Source: Stegostoma tigrinum (taxonomy: Eukaryota). Taken from it: a DNA stretch of 64,000 nucleotides. The notes under the pieces are model-generated. The model was not told where the DNA came from and searched no databases. It was given only the letters and a program-made list of their open reading frames with translations. This document shows, piece after piece, positions 38,121 to 52,052 of the stretch. The first letter of the stretch is position 1. Each line of letters begins with the position of its first letter. The position numbers and the translations under genes were made by a program. The stretch covers positions 16,895,409-16,959,408 of the forward strand of contig NC_081387.1 of assembly GCF_030684315.1 (NCBI RefSeq), read 5' to 3'.

Positions 38121-39189
38121 ATAGGAAGTGCTGTTACTAATGCAAACACAGTAATGCTCAGACATATTGACACTGGTGGGATTAATATAGCCAAAAAAAA
38201 TCCCCTCTTCTTTGAAAGTATCATCAGATTTTTATCCCCTGGTCAGAGGGAAGACAGGCCACAGTTTAATGTCTCATGGTACCTCTATTAATTCATCAAT
38301 GCTGCATCAGATGGGAAACTTGATTTTGTCATGTCCTGGGAGCAGAACATTAACTTAAAAACCCTTAACTCAGAGGCAAGGCAACTAAATGCGTTCCAGG
38401 TAGTGCCTATAATTCAAAAAAAACAAAAGAACTGCAGATGTTGTAAATCAGAAACAAAAAACAAATTTGCTGGAAAAGCTCAGCAGGTCTGGCAGCATCT
38501 GTGGAGGACAAAGCAGAGTTAACATTTCGGGGCCAGTGACCCTTCCTCAGAACCGTCCTCAGTTCTTATAATTCTGCAGTTCCCAGTCTATGGATTAGTT
38601 TTACCAGTGAAAACCCTGACTGCACAATAAGGATTACAGACAAATGTATCAGACCTTGGTTTTTTTTCCAAAGGCACTGTATCAAAATTCTCTGGAGGTT
38701 TTGATGGTGAGAGAAGTAATATTCTGGAAGATAAGATGACAGTTTCACCAACTGTAATTTGCTCTGAAAAGTGCAGTTATGATCTTGGAGTTCTCGGAAT
38801 AATTGATAGTCCTTAATATTCCCGATTCGACGTTGCCGATCTGCAGGCAGACCAATGACGGAACAGATCATGATGGAGAATGGGACTTGTTGGTGGGGTT
38901 AGACTGCTGTGTATGTAACAGGTTAGCACATGGGAATGTTCTTGATGCTGATTTGTCAACAGTGTCGAAAGGTCCTTACTTGACTAAGGAATTTCATGGG
39001 TTCATGAAGCATGTTCCAGACAGAAGCAGTTTTCTGGAGACTAAGTCATTGAGGGTTGTGGAAATAGTACAGGAAAGTGCTTTTGAGGCAGATGATCAGC
39101 CATGATCTAATTGAATATAGGAGCAACTTCAATGGCCAACGCCTGTTCCTATGCTCCATCTCTAATGAGAGATCCAGTGTCTGGGGAGA

Positions 39190-39990
39190 CATAGAACCCC
39201 TCAATGTTGTGCCGACCTGTCATACCGATCTCAAGCCCATCTAACCTACACTATTCCATGTACGTCCATATGCTTATCCAATGACGACTTAAATGTACCT
39301 AAAGTTGGCGAATCTACTACCGTTGCAGGCATTCCCTTACTACTCTGAGTAAAGAAACCACCTCTGACATCTGTCCTATATCTTTCACCCCTCAATTTAA
39401 AGCTATGCCCCCTCGTGCTCGCCATCACCATCCTAGGAAAAAGGCTCTCCCTCTCCACCCTATCTAACCCTCTGATTATTTTATATGTTTCAATTAAGTC
39501 ACCTCTCAACCTTCTTCTCTCTAATGAAAACAGCCTCAAGTCCCTCAGCCTTTCCTCGTAAGACCTTCTCTCCATACCAGGCAACATCCTAGTAAATCTC
39601 CTCTGCACCCTTTCCAATGTTTCCACGTCCTTCTTATAATGCGGTGACCAGAACTGTATGCAATACTCCAAGTGTGGCCACACCAGAGTTTTGTACAGCT
39701 GCAGCATAAACTCTTAGTTCCAGAACTCGATCCCTCTATTAATAAAAGCTAAATCACTGTATGCCTTCTTAACAGCCCTTAACAGGATCTGTTTACATGG
39801 ACACCGAGATCTCTCTGCTCATCTACACTGCTAAGAATCTTACCATTAGCCCTGTACTTTGCCTTCCGGTTACTCCTACCAACGTGTGTCACCTCACACT
39901 TGTCCGCATTAAACTCCATTTGCCACCTCTCAGCCCAGCTCTGCAGCTTATCTCTGTCTCTCTGCAACCTACAGCATCCTTTGTCACTAT
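39190..39990 (-). mobile_element. Young CR1 LINE 3' end
   Basis: ORFs 39246-39707 and 39779-40108 (LQSWAERWQMEFNADKCEV; MLQLYKTLVWPHLEYCIQFWSP). Confidence 0.92.
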
Positions 39991-40601
39991 CCAGATAGTG
40001 TGTTTGTTTGTTTTTTTTGTGGATCTTCCCTACACTCTGGTGAGGGACCATTAAAAGTGAAAGGGATTGCCTAGTTTTTATCAATAGAATTCTGACACAA
40101 GATTTCAAATAGAAGACCTCTTATTGTTGACCTGCACACCAGTTCTAGTCTCTCCAATGGGATACGTCCCTTCAGAATTCACTCTTAGGCTTTCTTACCA
40201 ATAAAAATCAATAAATTATCCCCCTTGTATCTCATTTTCCTCCATTTATGCACTCTTTTTTTACAGCCAGTTTCATTACCTAAGCTTTTGCCTATCAACC
40301 CTAATATGTGGCACGGTGTCATTAGCTTCAGAATGTTCATATGAAGTACCTTTTATTCTACTTAATAGCATTTGATAAGTAAAATGTTGGTCGTGGGACC
40401 TTGCTGGGTGAAAATCAGTTGTCTCACTTCTTTACATTACAACAGTGACTTTATTTCAAAAGTACTTCTTTTGCCTGTAAAGTTCTGAAGTTTCAACAGC
40501 TTTAAGTGCAAGACATTTCTTTTTAACACCTTCCCAGAGTCTCTAACATGGTCTAATTTCTAATGTTACATACAGCAAACAGTTCAGCCAGTCACTGAAC
40601 C

Positions 40602-40695
40602 ATGAGGATCCTCAATGAATACTTCTTGACAAAATGTGCCTTCAACTTACTTCAGCTGTTTATTCTACTGAGTTACTGCATCCAAATTACCAGTG
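40602..40695 (+). CDS. Gene B exon: signal peptide
   Basis: aaccATG (A at -3) ... G|GTGAGT, phase 1. MRILNEYFLTKCAFNLLQLFILLSYCIQITS-G has a hydrophobic core and small residues at the cleavage site; in frame with the V exon. Confidence 0.8.
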
Positions 40696-42424
40696 GTGAG
40701 TCCTGAATCTAAGCTAAAATAATTGTTTCCTCATTGTATGAGTTACTTAGAGTTCCATAATTCCATTACAAATATTGCTTTTTGTACTGAGATGGTGTGT
40801 TTCTACACAGCAAATTAAAATGTATGTTACAAATTAACTCTCAGAATATGGGTGCTAGGTTCAAGGCCAGATTGAGAGCCCATTCCTAATCGCTGCAGAG
40901 AAGGTGCAAATCAATTTCCTTCTTGAACCACTGCAAGTAGTTCACACAATGTTGCAAGGGAGGGAGTTCCTGGATTTTGAAGGAACAGCAATATATTTTC
41001 CAACTCAGGATTGTGATGGCTTGGAGGGGAACTTACAAGAGTTGGTGTTCCCATTTATCTGCCGTCCTTGTCCTTTTTTAGATGGAAGTTATTGTGGGTT
41101 TGGAAGCTACAGGCAAGGATGCCTGGTGTTAGTGCAGTGAACAGTGTCATTGTCATTGATACACCCAGCTGCGACTGAGCATTGGTGGTTAAAGGAGTGA
41201 ATATGAAAGATGGTGGATGAGGTGCCAATCAAGTGAGCTGCTTTGTCCAGGATGACATTGAGCTTCTTGTGTTTTGTTAGATTTGCACTCATTTGGAAAT
41301 GCACTTATGTGACTAAGTGGAGACTATTTAATCATACTCCTGAATTGTAACTGAAAATTGTATTGTTTTTAACATAGCTGACTATTTTTTTGGGAAATGT
41401 CTTCACACTTGCCTCAAACTGTGTGATAAGTATGTTGACATTTCTGCCAATACTGCTTCTGAGTGAGGTGTCTATCCTTGTGACTGAGTGATATCTTTCT
41501 GCAGGAGATGTGTCACTGTCACTCCCTGTCCAGCACACCTTGCTAGACATTGTGATTATGAGCACGCAAGACCATCCTCATGTACTTATGCCAGAGGTAG
41601 TAGCCAACTGAACCCTCCATGAGAGTCAGCACCTCCCAGCAGATATGCCCGATATGCGGCACAGGGTGGTTGGTAAGCAGTTTGTATTGGGGTGGGGCGG
41701 GTAGAGGTTTAACGGGGAACAGCTTTGGAATGGCACCATCAGGAAGCAAGGGGCTGTTTGACTGAAATCTGTAAACTGAGGAAAGACTAACTTTTTGGCA
41801 GAGTCCCACTGACAAAGTAACAGTCAACAGTCAGTGTAACAATGAGACAGTAGTCATTTTTGACAACAGAGCTAAAGATATTAAGGTGCACCTCTGTAAA
41901 TCACACAGGCTTTAGTTGGCATGTCGTATCCAGTTTAGGGCACCACACATCAGGAGGGATGTCTGGAACGTGGAGAGAGATGGAGCGAATGGTGCTAGGA
42001 TTGAGGGACTTCAGTTTTATGGAGAATCTGGAGGAACTGGCGATGTCATCTTTAGAGTAGAGAAAGTTAAGGAGAGATTTATTAGAGGCATTAAAAGGGT
42101 TTTGACATAGTTGATAAGACTCTGTTTCCACTGGGTTATTTGGCAAAAATGAATTGTCTGGGAGAAGCGGAGACATTTACTGCTGCAGTGAGTTGTCCCT
42201 TTGGGAATGCAGAAAGCACGGTAAAAGTAAATTCTGTTTAGAACAACTCCTGTGATGTACCTCTGTGTTAATCCACGTGAGGTCGTGTGTTAAAATGCAT
42301 CACTTATAGTGACAGCTGATGAGGCGCACAGACAGCGAGGTAGTAAACCAACTTCCCTAGAAAAGGAGGACAGCTTTTGGCTTGAGTGCTGGAGACAATG
42401 AGAGAATAGTTCACAGTTTCTTTC

Positions 42425-42710
42425 ATGTGAGATGTTAAACCAAGCCCCTGCCTGTATTGTCAGGTGAATGCCAAGGCCTCTGTGGACAGTATTTTGAAGA
42501 AACATGAAAGTTTTCCATGATCTCCTGACCAATAATAATCCCTGAACTAACATAGAGAAACAGCTTATCCAGTAATTATCAAGCTGCTGTTTTTGAGACC
42601 TTTCTTTATACAAGTTCCTCTGCTGTGTTTCCTACATATCAATAACGACTACACTTCAAAATATTTGTTCGTTTGCAAGTTGTGCTTAAATGCAAGCCTT
42701 TCCTATTTGT
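42425..42710 (+). mobile_element. DeuSINE (SacSINE1/AmnSINE1-like) remnant
   Basis: gatgttaaacc..tcaggtgaatg..tttcctacatatcaataacgactacacttcaaaa resembles the Deu domain. Further remnants near 40390-40520 and 45460-45830. Confidence 0.6.
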
Positions 42711-43186
42711 TCTCTTCAAATTTTGAGGTCTGTTCAGACCAGGATTAAACTTTGTGTAAATAAACTGAGTCAAATTTAAATAAAAGCTTTGGTGACTAAC
42801 CTCTGTTCTAATTCATGTGAGTGGGGGATCACGTGCTGCAGAAAACCACCAGTGAATTGTCTGTAATCTTCTGTCCACTAACAGTATTTGACAAATTGTT
42901 GGCTTCACTCCAGACCTTTTCTACTGCTTGTGAGGCACCTCCCTTTCAGTGATTCAACATCAGCAAAGTGTGCCCTAGGGATTTTCCACAGTGGCATTTG
43001 GAAATGGTGGAGAGTATACATGCTGTAATGTTGAAACAGGCCACAGTGACTTTGCACCATAGAGTTCAGTGGCTGTCTTATTGACAGTAAAAGGTGATTC
43101 ACAGGTCCAATCTCAGCACGTGAAACAGTGCCAAAATCTCACTACACTTTGTATGCAACAATCACTGTTTCTATTATTGCTCATAG

Positions 43187-43513
43187 GCAATGTCAAAATG
43201 GAATCTTACCGTGCTCCCGGAAGCTCTATGTTCTTCCCTGGAGTTGATGAGTATGAACGGAGCACAACAAAATTTTACCAATGGAAAGTGTCCAATGGGG
43301 GTACAAAGAATGGGCTCAGTGCGGGAGTGCTACTGTTTCACGTTGGGGCTGCAGAACCTTCAGTATTAAATAAGTACACACGTCGCCTTGAATTCTTCCC
43401 AACCAATGGATCGTTCATCCTTCATCATTTAACTTCTTCAGATGAGGGTCTTTATACACTTCCCATCAATCTACGTGATATCATCATTCAAAATGTTCAG
43501 CTATGGATAGTAG
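43187..43513 (+). CDS. Gene B exon: Cys-free IgV-like domain
   Basis: ctcatag|GC ... G|GTATGC; 327 nt, phase 1/1. ..YQWKV..YTRRLEFFPTNGSFILHHLTSSDEGLYTL..VQLWIV. Confidence 0.9.
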
Positions 43514-43584
43514 GTATGCTTGTTTCATGAATTTAAGCGGCAATGATCTGTGCTATGGGAAAATACATCAGATGTACCTACGTA

Positions 43585-44590
43585 ACCTGTCCCTTATTCT
43601 GAGACTGCATCCCCTGGTTGCAAACCTCAGACAGGAAACATCTTTCCTGCCTCCACTATAAGATGCCACTATATTGCCTTTAAGAATTTTAAGTTTCATT
43701 GTGATCGCCTCTCATTATTCTAAACTCCAGGGAAGTAAGGCCAGTCTCTTCCGTCTCTCCTCATAGACAATCCAGGTAGTCATTAAAAGAACCTTCACTG
43801 CCCAGGGCTGCAAAGGAAAGTACATCCTTCCTTAGTTATGTGGGGTCAGAACTGTGTACAACCCAGGCATGGTCTCACGAGGCACTATACAATTTTAGTT
43901 TACTCCTGTACACACAGCCTGTTGTGATGAAGGGCAACAATTCATTCACTTTCCTATACACTTGCTACAGCTTCATGTTAGCTTTCAGTGACTTGCTGGC
44001 AAGGATACCTGGTCTATTGAACATTAACACCGCTAAATGGCTCACTGTCTAGAAAATACTCTACACCTCTGTTCTTCCCACCAGTGGATGCACTCGAACG
44101 TATCCACTGCTTCATGCGGTCGGTTTAATGACTACGACATCACTGTAGCAAGTCAGAGTAAACATCAACAAAAACATTTGCCCATTTACTCAGCCTGTCC
44201 AACTCTCCTGAAATCTCTTTGTTTCCTCCTCACAACCCCTGTTTCCATCTGGTTTTATGTCATAAACTCTCTGCTAACTTTTTATGATTCACATACAGGG
44301 ACATGCAGATCTCTCAGTACTGCAGCTTTCTGCAGTCTTTCTCCATTTAAACAATTTCTGCTCTTCGTCTTCAATTCTTCCTGCCGAGGCGTACAGTCAT
44401 GTAATTGCCAATTTTTTTTGACAACTGACAACCTGTCTGTATCCATTTGCGGACTTTTTCTACCCTTTGCATTGTCAGCAAATTTGGCTGCAATACAGTT
44501 CACCCTTTCATCGAAGTCATTAATCCAGCTGGCGAGTAGTTGAGGCCCCAGAACTGAACACTGAGACAATCCACTCATTAGTTTGTCAAC
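43585..44590 (-). mobile_element. Degraded CR1 fragments
   Basis: SGLSQCSVLGPQL..INDFDERVNCIAAKFADNAK (RT core remnant). Confidence 0.75.
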
Positions 44591-45952
44591 CCTGAAACGC
44601 AAGCCACAGGAGGGGCATGGGTGGAGTGTGAAACTTATGTCAGACATCCTGCCAGCCCACCTACCTGCCCCTGCAGGTACTTTGGTGTTCAGGTACTTGC
44701 AGACTAATTTAGTTCTTAACTAACCAGTTAATGAGCTGTTCAGTGAACCTTTCACCAGCTTTCAATTCAGTGGATGATAAGGAGTATGGGAATGATACAT
44801 TTGCCCCCTGATCCTCCAATGGACAGGCAGATCTCTCTTGCACTTTCTTCCACCTCCATACTTGATGATTGTAGTAAAATTCCACCGTCCACTCTTGCAG
44901 GATACAAACCTGGGTTCCTAGAACATTACCGTGGTATCTGGATGGCTAGTCGCAATACCACTGGGCCACTACCTCCCCATTTTAATAAGTCACCCTGCTA
45001 TTGCTATCAATAAATGGATTCTGTTAATGTTAAAGGTGAAGAAGGAAGCTCACCATCACCTTCTCAAGGGCAACTAGGGACAGATAAATGTTGGCCCAGT
45101 CAGCGACATACACATTTGGCGAATGAAGAGAAAAAGCACTTTGGTTCTAGTAACTGCAGTGTGCATAAGGATAGTGCACTATCATCCTTTAGCTATGAGA
45201 GACAGTACATTTTGTGTGCCAGTCTGGAACTTTTGACAACACTAAATGAGACAACAGAAACCAACTTGTTAATTAATTTGGTCCTTCAAAACAGATTGGG
45301 TTAATGCTCTTGTTAAATTGACAAGTAAAAGCATTACTGGAAAACTAGATTAATCCAAAATAAAATGGAAAGTGCTGGACTGCTCACAAGGTCTGGCAGC
45401 ATCTGTGAAGACAGAAAAGTCTGATTTCAAGTAAAATCGGACTCTTGCAAGACTTAATGTAGCGACCCAGCTGCACATTGCTGAAGGAGTGCTGTATTAT
45501 CGAAGCAGTCTTTTTTTTTTGATGACACTCTTTAGAGCATGGCCCCAACTGCCAACTTCACTGGTTTGGGAGGAAACTAAGAATCTCCACTTTTGAGAGG
45601 AAACCATTAGGAAGAAATGTCCTGACTTGAAACGTCAACTTTCCTGCTGCTCTGATGCTGCCTGGCCCGCTGTGTTCCTCCAGCTCCACACTCTTGTCCC
45701 CAACTCCAGCAGTTCTTACAATCTCTGCTGTCCTGATGAATATTATTCTAAGTGCTGTAAAACTGCATCATCAGACCATTCGTTGCGTTTCTGACTTCGA
45801 TAAAATGACAGACAAATTCACCACTGTGTTCTTTACACAACTGTCCCTTAAAATAAATACATCTCCTTTCTTTTGAACACACATTTTGCGAGCATTGTGA
45901 AGGATGGGGTTAGGGTTAGTGCAATTATTTATTCAGTATTTCTCTCTTTCAG

Positions 45953-46213
45953 ATAAGCTGTCAAATTTTCTGATATTAAGCAGATGCAGCTTCCCCCAGC
46001 CTGCCATCATGCTGACCTGTAATGTTTCTGGACATCCTCATGAGTATCAATGGCTGAAAGATGGAGGGAACATCTCTCGCCGTCACCGACTAGTAGATGG
46101 AAACAGAAGCCTCATCATTCTGAATGATGGGAAAGATGACCGTGGCATGTATACTTGCATTGCAATCAATCCTGTCAGCTCTGTCCAAGCTCATTATCTG
46201 TTAACTATTAATG
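45953..46213 (+). CDS. Gene B exon: IgC2 domain
   Basis: tctctctttcag|AT ... G|GTAAGC; 261 nt. LTCNVSG..YQWLKDG..GNRSLII..DRGMYTCIAINPVS..LLTIN. Confidence 0.93.
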
Positions 46214-47109
46214 GTAAGCTGTGTTTTGCACATAATTTCAAGAATAGGAGCATGGTTAGGAGAAATTCCTTCACTCGGTGTTGTTGAGCCATTTTATCAC
46301 AAGGAATGTTTGAGACAGATCATGCTTGAATGGAGAGACAACTGGTTTTACAATGTTACAATTTCCAAGTGTTCCGTGCAATGTATATTGATTGCCCCAA
46401 ATCATGTTTTGCTACGGTTACTTGTTAGTACAGATTGTGCTCGTTATGGGGAAAAAAAATGCATGTTGCCAAAGTTTTTCAGCTTGCACTCATCAGGAGA
46501 AATGGAAGAATACCAAATAATATTTATTATGTGAGCAACAGGGTGCTGACCAGTTGGCAATTGTGTTCTGATGGCCAAGTCTTTAGGCATCAAGAATGGG
46601 CAAGAAACACTTTACCGAAGCTTTAAATTTAAATTTAATCAGGGTGAGTCAACTTAAATTCACCAATGTGTTTAGTAAATGTGTCTTCCAAGCTTTAGCT
46701 TAAATTAAAGGGTGTAGGGCCTGGACGAAGTGCCTTTTAGCTGCAGGGGACTCAGCCCTTCATGTGAATGTAAGGAGCCTCTCGTATGTATAAGTGAGTC
46801 ACTTTGCAAACTGATGATCTTCGGTTGGTTATTGAGTGATTCTTGGCAGCCTCTGAACATTTTACTAAGTGCTGCCCAAGTGTGGAGTCAGATCAAATTG
46901 GGAAACTATGTTCTACAATTTCTAAGTTTGGGCTTATTGAGCACTACCAGTACTCTGCCTGCCATGGACATTTGAAGGGTTGGCTGTTTAAAGTGGTTCT
47001 GATGTTTAGCCTACACACTTGGTGTCATGCCAGCACTGAACTTCATGGAATACGTTACTGAATCTGCATGGTTAGCAGAAGGTCTTTTTCAGGTTTGATC
47101 GCAGCATCC

Positions 47110-47505
47110 TATAAATTGAAGGTATTGGCTATGAGGAAAGATTGGACAAACTTGGTTTGTTTTTACTTGAATGTCGGAGGCTGATGGGTGACCTGATTAG
47201 AAGTTTACAAAACTACAAAAGGGATGGATAGAATGGATAGTTGGAGTCTTTTTCCCAGGGTAGCAATGTCAAATAATCTGTGGCATAGGCTTAAGGTAAA
47301 AGCGAGAAAGTTTAAAGGTACTGTAACAGGCAAGTATTTTACATAGAGGTTGGTAAGTGCCTGGAATGTACTGCTAGAGGAGTAGTAGAAGCAGATTCAA
47401 TAGGAGCATTTAACAGGCATCTGCATTGATGTATGAATGGGCAGGGAATCGAGGGATACAAAACACAGAAGCCAAAGGGCGTTCTTCAGTTTAGAAAGGT
47501 GTCTT
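47110..47505 (+). mobile_element. CR1 3' fragment
   Basis: YEERLDKLGLF..RRLMGDLI..YFYIEVGKCLE-type decayed C-terminus. Confidence 0.7.
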
Positions 47506-48187
47506 GTGTCGGGGCCGGGGGGGGGAAGAAGAAAACGGTTCATGTTCTCTGACTATTTCTGAGTCAAGCCATCAGTCAACTCCACTGCACTCAAATAAAA
47601 GAGTGGCAGTTGTTGGAGATCTGAAACGATGGACTCGCAACATTAACTCCATTTTCTCTCCAAAGATGCCACCCGACCTGCTGAGTTTCTCCAGCAATTT
47701 CTGTTTTTGTTTCACTTGCCCTCAGCCCTGACCGAAGACATTAATCTGAAAACTTAACGTTGCACATTTTCATGGTAGCAGAAGAGCATTGGGCGGCCAG
47801 CACAAACTGATATCGTACATGAGGAAATTGGACAGTCACAACATTTACCAGGAAAATCTCAGCGAAGTTCAGTGTCTTTCAGACAGACAACAAACTGTAG
47901 GAAACAGAGCACTGGTTATGTATGATATGCTTCTCGTCTTGCAGTTGAAACACATTGTTGATGCATAGCTGAGAATGTGTCACACTGCCTGTAAGTGTAT
48001 TGTAGCTCATCTTGAAAGAGTTAGTGTGGGGAGAGGGTGACAACCAAATATTGCATTGGATGCTAAGTGCAAAATGTCCTATTTCAAGCACTCCAGACTG
48101 TCTTGTGAACTGCATTTTTAAGGAAAAGCAGACACTTTGTGGAAGCTTTGAAAACGTGATAAGTTTAACGTAAGTTCTCTGTTTCAG

Positions 48188-48295
48188 ATTTGTCACAAAT
48201 TCGTGACTGCACACTGGGATTGTCCATATCTTCGCTGGTCACTGCTGCTTCTGCCTTTATCTGCACAATAATTTCATGCTACAAGGCTGAAAGAT
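48188..48295 (+). CDS. Gene B exon: TM1
   Basis: ctgtttcag|AT ... T|GTAAGA; 108 nt. DLSQIRDCTLGLSISSLVTAASAFICTIISCYKAER. Confidence 0.85.
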
Positions 48296-48487
48296 GTAAG
48301 AGCAAACTATTTCTAGAGTTTGGTGTCAAAAATTTAAAAATATCATACGTTAACAATGGAAGCAATGTTAAACAAGTAAGTATTGCCCTTGTTATTTTAA
48401 ATTCAGTTCCATTGTATGGAGTGACTGATTTGAATGTGCATATTATTTTCTTAAGTAATATTGATTTGAATGTACTTATTACTCTAG

Positions 48488-48571
48488 ATCTCCAGTTTCT
48501 TAAATATGGATTAGAAATCTTGGCATTGGTCCTTCTTACTGCAGTGCTTGTGTATTGGATTGTAATTGGAG
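48488..48571 (+). CDS. Gene B exon: TM2
   Basis: ttactctag|AT ... G|GTACTG; 84 nt, phase 1/1. YLQFLKYGLEILALVLLTAVLVYWIVIG. Confidence 0.78.
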
Positions 48572-48977
48572 GTACTGTACTCCTGTTTCTTTGCCCTTAC
48601 ACTGTATTGTAGAAATACAATTATCTGCCAAATTAAATTCAAGTTTAAAATTTGAGGACAGGCATTTTTTCAAAATCGTCTGTTTTATAATAAAAGCCCA
48701 ATTTGTTCACCTGATTTTGGAAGTGTCCAATTGATCCTTCAGCATGCTTTCAAAGACCTTTTAAAGTCAGCTGTAATTAAGTTCCTGATGCAATAATCCC
48801 ATCCTGAAAGCCCAAATATTAAGCCTCCTGCATTCCCCTCAATGTGATCGTAAAAGCCCCGTTCAGTATATATTGGGCATTCTTTTATATACTGAGATGG
48901 TGAATTAACCAGTGAAGGTATTTGCTCTTTATTCCATGAATGTGTGTAATTGTATTTGGTTTTTGTCTATTCAATAG

Positions 48978-49097
48978 AAGTTGCAACAATCATAGTGATT
49001 GTGTTGGTGGTCCTGTGTCTGCTGCTAATCCCAACTGTGTTATTGACATTGATGGCTTGTGATGTGATAAGTTCCACGGAGACCTCGAAGATCAAAA
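48978..49097 (+). CDS. Gene B exon: TM3 plus cytoplasmic loop
   Basis: ttcaatag|AA ... A|GTAAGT; 120 nt. EVATIIVIVLVVLCLLLIPTVLLTLMACDVISSTETSKIK. Confidence 0.85.
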
Positions 49098-49831
49098 GTA
49101 AGTTCACCTGTACTTTATGGACTTACATTGTGCTGCCAAAAGGCTCATGATCAGATACAGGGATGGTGAGAATGTGCTTCTCCTTGGGGTGCATATTGAG
49201 CGAGTGATCGGGAAATTTGTTTGAGGGAGTGATTTGAAATTTAGATTTGTCGCATTTCTGGTGAATTTTAAGAATTGGTCGGAGGAAATTGCAGCAGGTT
49301 GGTTAGTATCCAACTATAGTGGATCCAGTTGTAGATCCCAAGGAGATACACCGTCCTTGCTGTCAGTGAATCTGTTGAAGGATGGAGCAGGCTCAAGGGG
49401 CTGAATGGCCTACTCCTATTTCTCATGGTCTGGTATAACTCTTCCTCTGGTCTGAGGAAGTGATACCCAACTCAAAATGTTGTCTCTGGTTCTCTCTCCA
49501 CAGGTGCTGCCAGACCAGCATTTTTTTTGTGATTGTTTTGGATTTCTACCTTTTTATAGGAAGATGCAAACAGCCTCCACTTTTTAATCTGTTAATTTTT
49601 AAGTGGATAAAGTATTCAGCAGATTGTAAAGATGTGTGCTTTTCCCTTCCCAACCTGTGTTTTCATTTGATCCAATAATCCCGAGCACAGGATTAGGAAA
49701 AGTTGCTCTGTACTTCTCTTTTTGACCAGTTGCGCTCGCCAGATGCGCGGCAAGAGACAAACAGATCAGCATTCGAGTTCATCTGTGACAGCTAAGTATG
49801 TAATCAGCAATTCCGATCTATTTATTGCCAG

Positions 49832-49930
49832 CTTACGTTTTGATGGTCGTGGGTGTGCTATCTACGTCGGGTGAAATTGCTGTGATATGTCTGTCTGCAT
49901 CCTTGATTGCAGGGATAACCTATCCAGGTG
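49832..49930 (+). CDS. Gene B exon: TM4
   Basis: ttattgccag|CT ... G|GTGAGT; 99 nt. TYVLMVVGVLSTSGEIAVICLSASLIAGITYPG. Not in the ORF track; found by homology to gene A. Confidence 0.8.
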
Positions 49931-50756
49931 GTGAGTTGGAAATGCGTAAAATGGATAGCTAACACATCTGTTCTGAACGTAACATCCCGTCAGCAATTAT
50001 GTGATTCGGCGACGTAATTGCTGAGTTGTTTCAGCCCGTTCCCAATGAATACTGTTCATAGCCTCCTTTTACACTGGAAAGATGAGACAATGAGGTCCAC
50101 TGTGTATGCACTACCTCTTTACTCGACCATTACAAATTTAGCCACACTGTTCTGCAGTCTCCTCCTAGCCCTGTATTACTTCCCAATATTTATCCAGTTT
50201 TCTCCTCTTAAATCCAACGGTTCCCATTGCAACTACTCTCTATATAGTGAAATGTTCTGTATGTGAACAGATATCTCTTCCAAACTAAATCTTAATGAAC
50301 TCAGTTGTATAATTAAGCTCTAAAACTGTCGAATCTAAGAGCTACATAAAAATACACAGCAGAGAAAAAGACCACTTGGCCTAACCAGTCTCCATCAACA
50401 TTAATGATCTACTCAAACATTCTCTTCTTCCTTTCCTGCTTAACTCCTCAAACATAACCTAACATTTTCATTTCTCTTTTTCAAATGCTACCTCGTTAAA
50501 ATTGAATTGTACTAATTCTTTCCTGCAAGTATATGACAAGATAGCATGTTCTACATTCTCTCCTCTTGTTGGAAATGATGTCTTATGAATTCCTTTGTCA
50601 AATTTTGATAATGCTTTAAAAGCCATTGAGTCTATTGTCAGTGTTTTCATTTCAAGAGAGGCAGGGACTACAATTCTGGAGTCTCTAAACTAAATTCAGA
50701 GGAGACCCAGGACTTCTCATTTCAACTCCTGCAGCCTCTTGTGTGGATCAATTAGT

Positions 50757-51815
50757 GTAACCAGGAAAATTAGGATCAGCAGTGTAGAATACTTTTAAGT
50801 ATGAAGGTCCTTTTCGAGAGCTGGTGTTTTAACCAGGAGGAAAGCACAATGCTCTGTTGATTCTGGGCCACTCTGGTTAGTTCCATGGGGGAGCAAGTTG
50901 GCATTTCAGCCTTCCTAGTTCATGTTGGAAAGGGAATCGAATGGAGAAAACTATTTTTATCCAAAAGTGAAAACAACTGAATATTTGTTATTTATTTCTA
51001 TACAATCAGTGATCCAAGTGAATTTGTTTCCAACAGAATTAATTATTTTCTGTTTTAGCATCAGGTTTGTTACAAAGTTGGGTAGAGTATTCATGAACTG
51101 GAAAGCAGGAAGTTGGAATGATTGGTTTAAAAGTATTGTAGTGTTGGTAAAGAGTGCCTGGTTCCTTTAACAAAAAAAATCACGCTTTGTCTACACTTGG
51201 AAGTTGCACACACTATACAGAAAACCTTAAGTGAAAATTACATTAAAAAAGCAGTCTTGTTGTCAAAACATGTTTTGAATTTGGCCAGTTAATTTAAAAC
51301 AAGCATTCAGTGATTCAAAGCCAATTGAACTTAATAACTGGCGGTGGTGACAACATTGACCCAATTCGACTGAAGAAATACTGTTGTCATCACGGGTATA
51401 CAGATGAGGGCATTTGGAAAATCGAACAAGAGCCACCTGCGGTCTGCAGCAAAAGCAAGTCAGCTATCTGAGACATAAACCTGGTTTTCACAAATAATTT
51501 TAAACTCCTCTTTAAAAAGCCACTTCAAAGGTCCCAATGAATTTTGGGACTTTTGTTTATTTGAACAGTATTCAAGTAGAATTTAGACCAGTTGGGAGTT
51601 GTTAGTAGTCTGGGGGGGAAATTGTCAGCTTATTAGTAATTGTGTTAATTTGTTCATTGTTAGGGTTAAATAAATAAATTGTTTCTTCTTACTTGTAAAG
51701 TGGAGATCAGGGATTTTCTTTCTTTTAATCGATTCCGATGGGCAAGGTAGCTTCTCTGGGGTTTTTTTTTGGAAGGTAATTATTAGAAGGGAACCTGTAC
51801 TCCGATCATAATAGA
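50757..51815 (+). mobile_element. Possible solo LTR
   Basis: Starts tgtaacc, ends ..gatcataata, with an internal aataaa near 51670. No second copy or TSD verified. Confidence 0.25.
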
Positions 51816-52052
51816 TTGCTGCTTGTGTTTTGATTTAGTTATTAGAGGGGTTCAGCCATTTCCCCATTGTAACAGGTTAATGATGCATGTTGTATGTGCT
51901 TTGGGCAATGAATGCTGTTCCTGTAAAGGATGATGATTTCAGCATTTCCATTCAAATGTTTCAAATGATTTGTGTTCTGTATAAAGCCAAACAAAATATC
52001 TTGCATCAAATTCTAACCATCTTTTCTGTTTTTTTGCAATCATATATTGCAG

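Noticed and set aside
38566-39105. ORFs of about 100 aa on both strands in apparently unique DNA
   Set aside because: No recognisable motif or consistent splice pair.
41505-41597. Exon-like segment between the signal and V exons of gene B
   Set aside because: It ends in phase 0 at a weak donor, which is incompatible with the phase-1 V exon, and has no domain features.
48190-48612. 140-aa ORF spanning TM1 and TM2 of gene B
   Set aside because: The 192-nt intron happens to be open and in frame. Good splice sites and the gene A intron at the same position favour splicing, though intron retention cannot be excluded.
49730-49795. Acceptor-like site before TM4 of gene B
   Set aside because: An in-frame stop precedes any usable donor.
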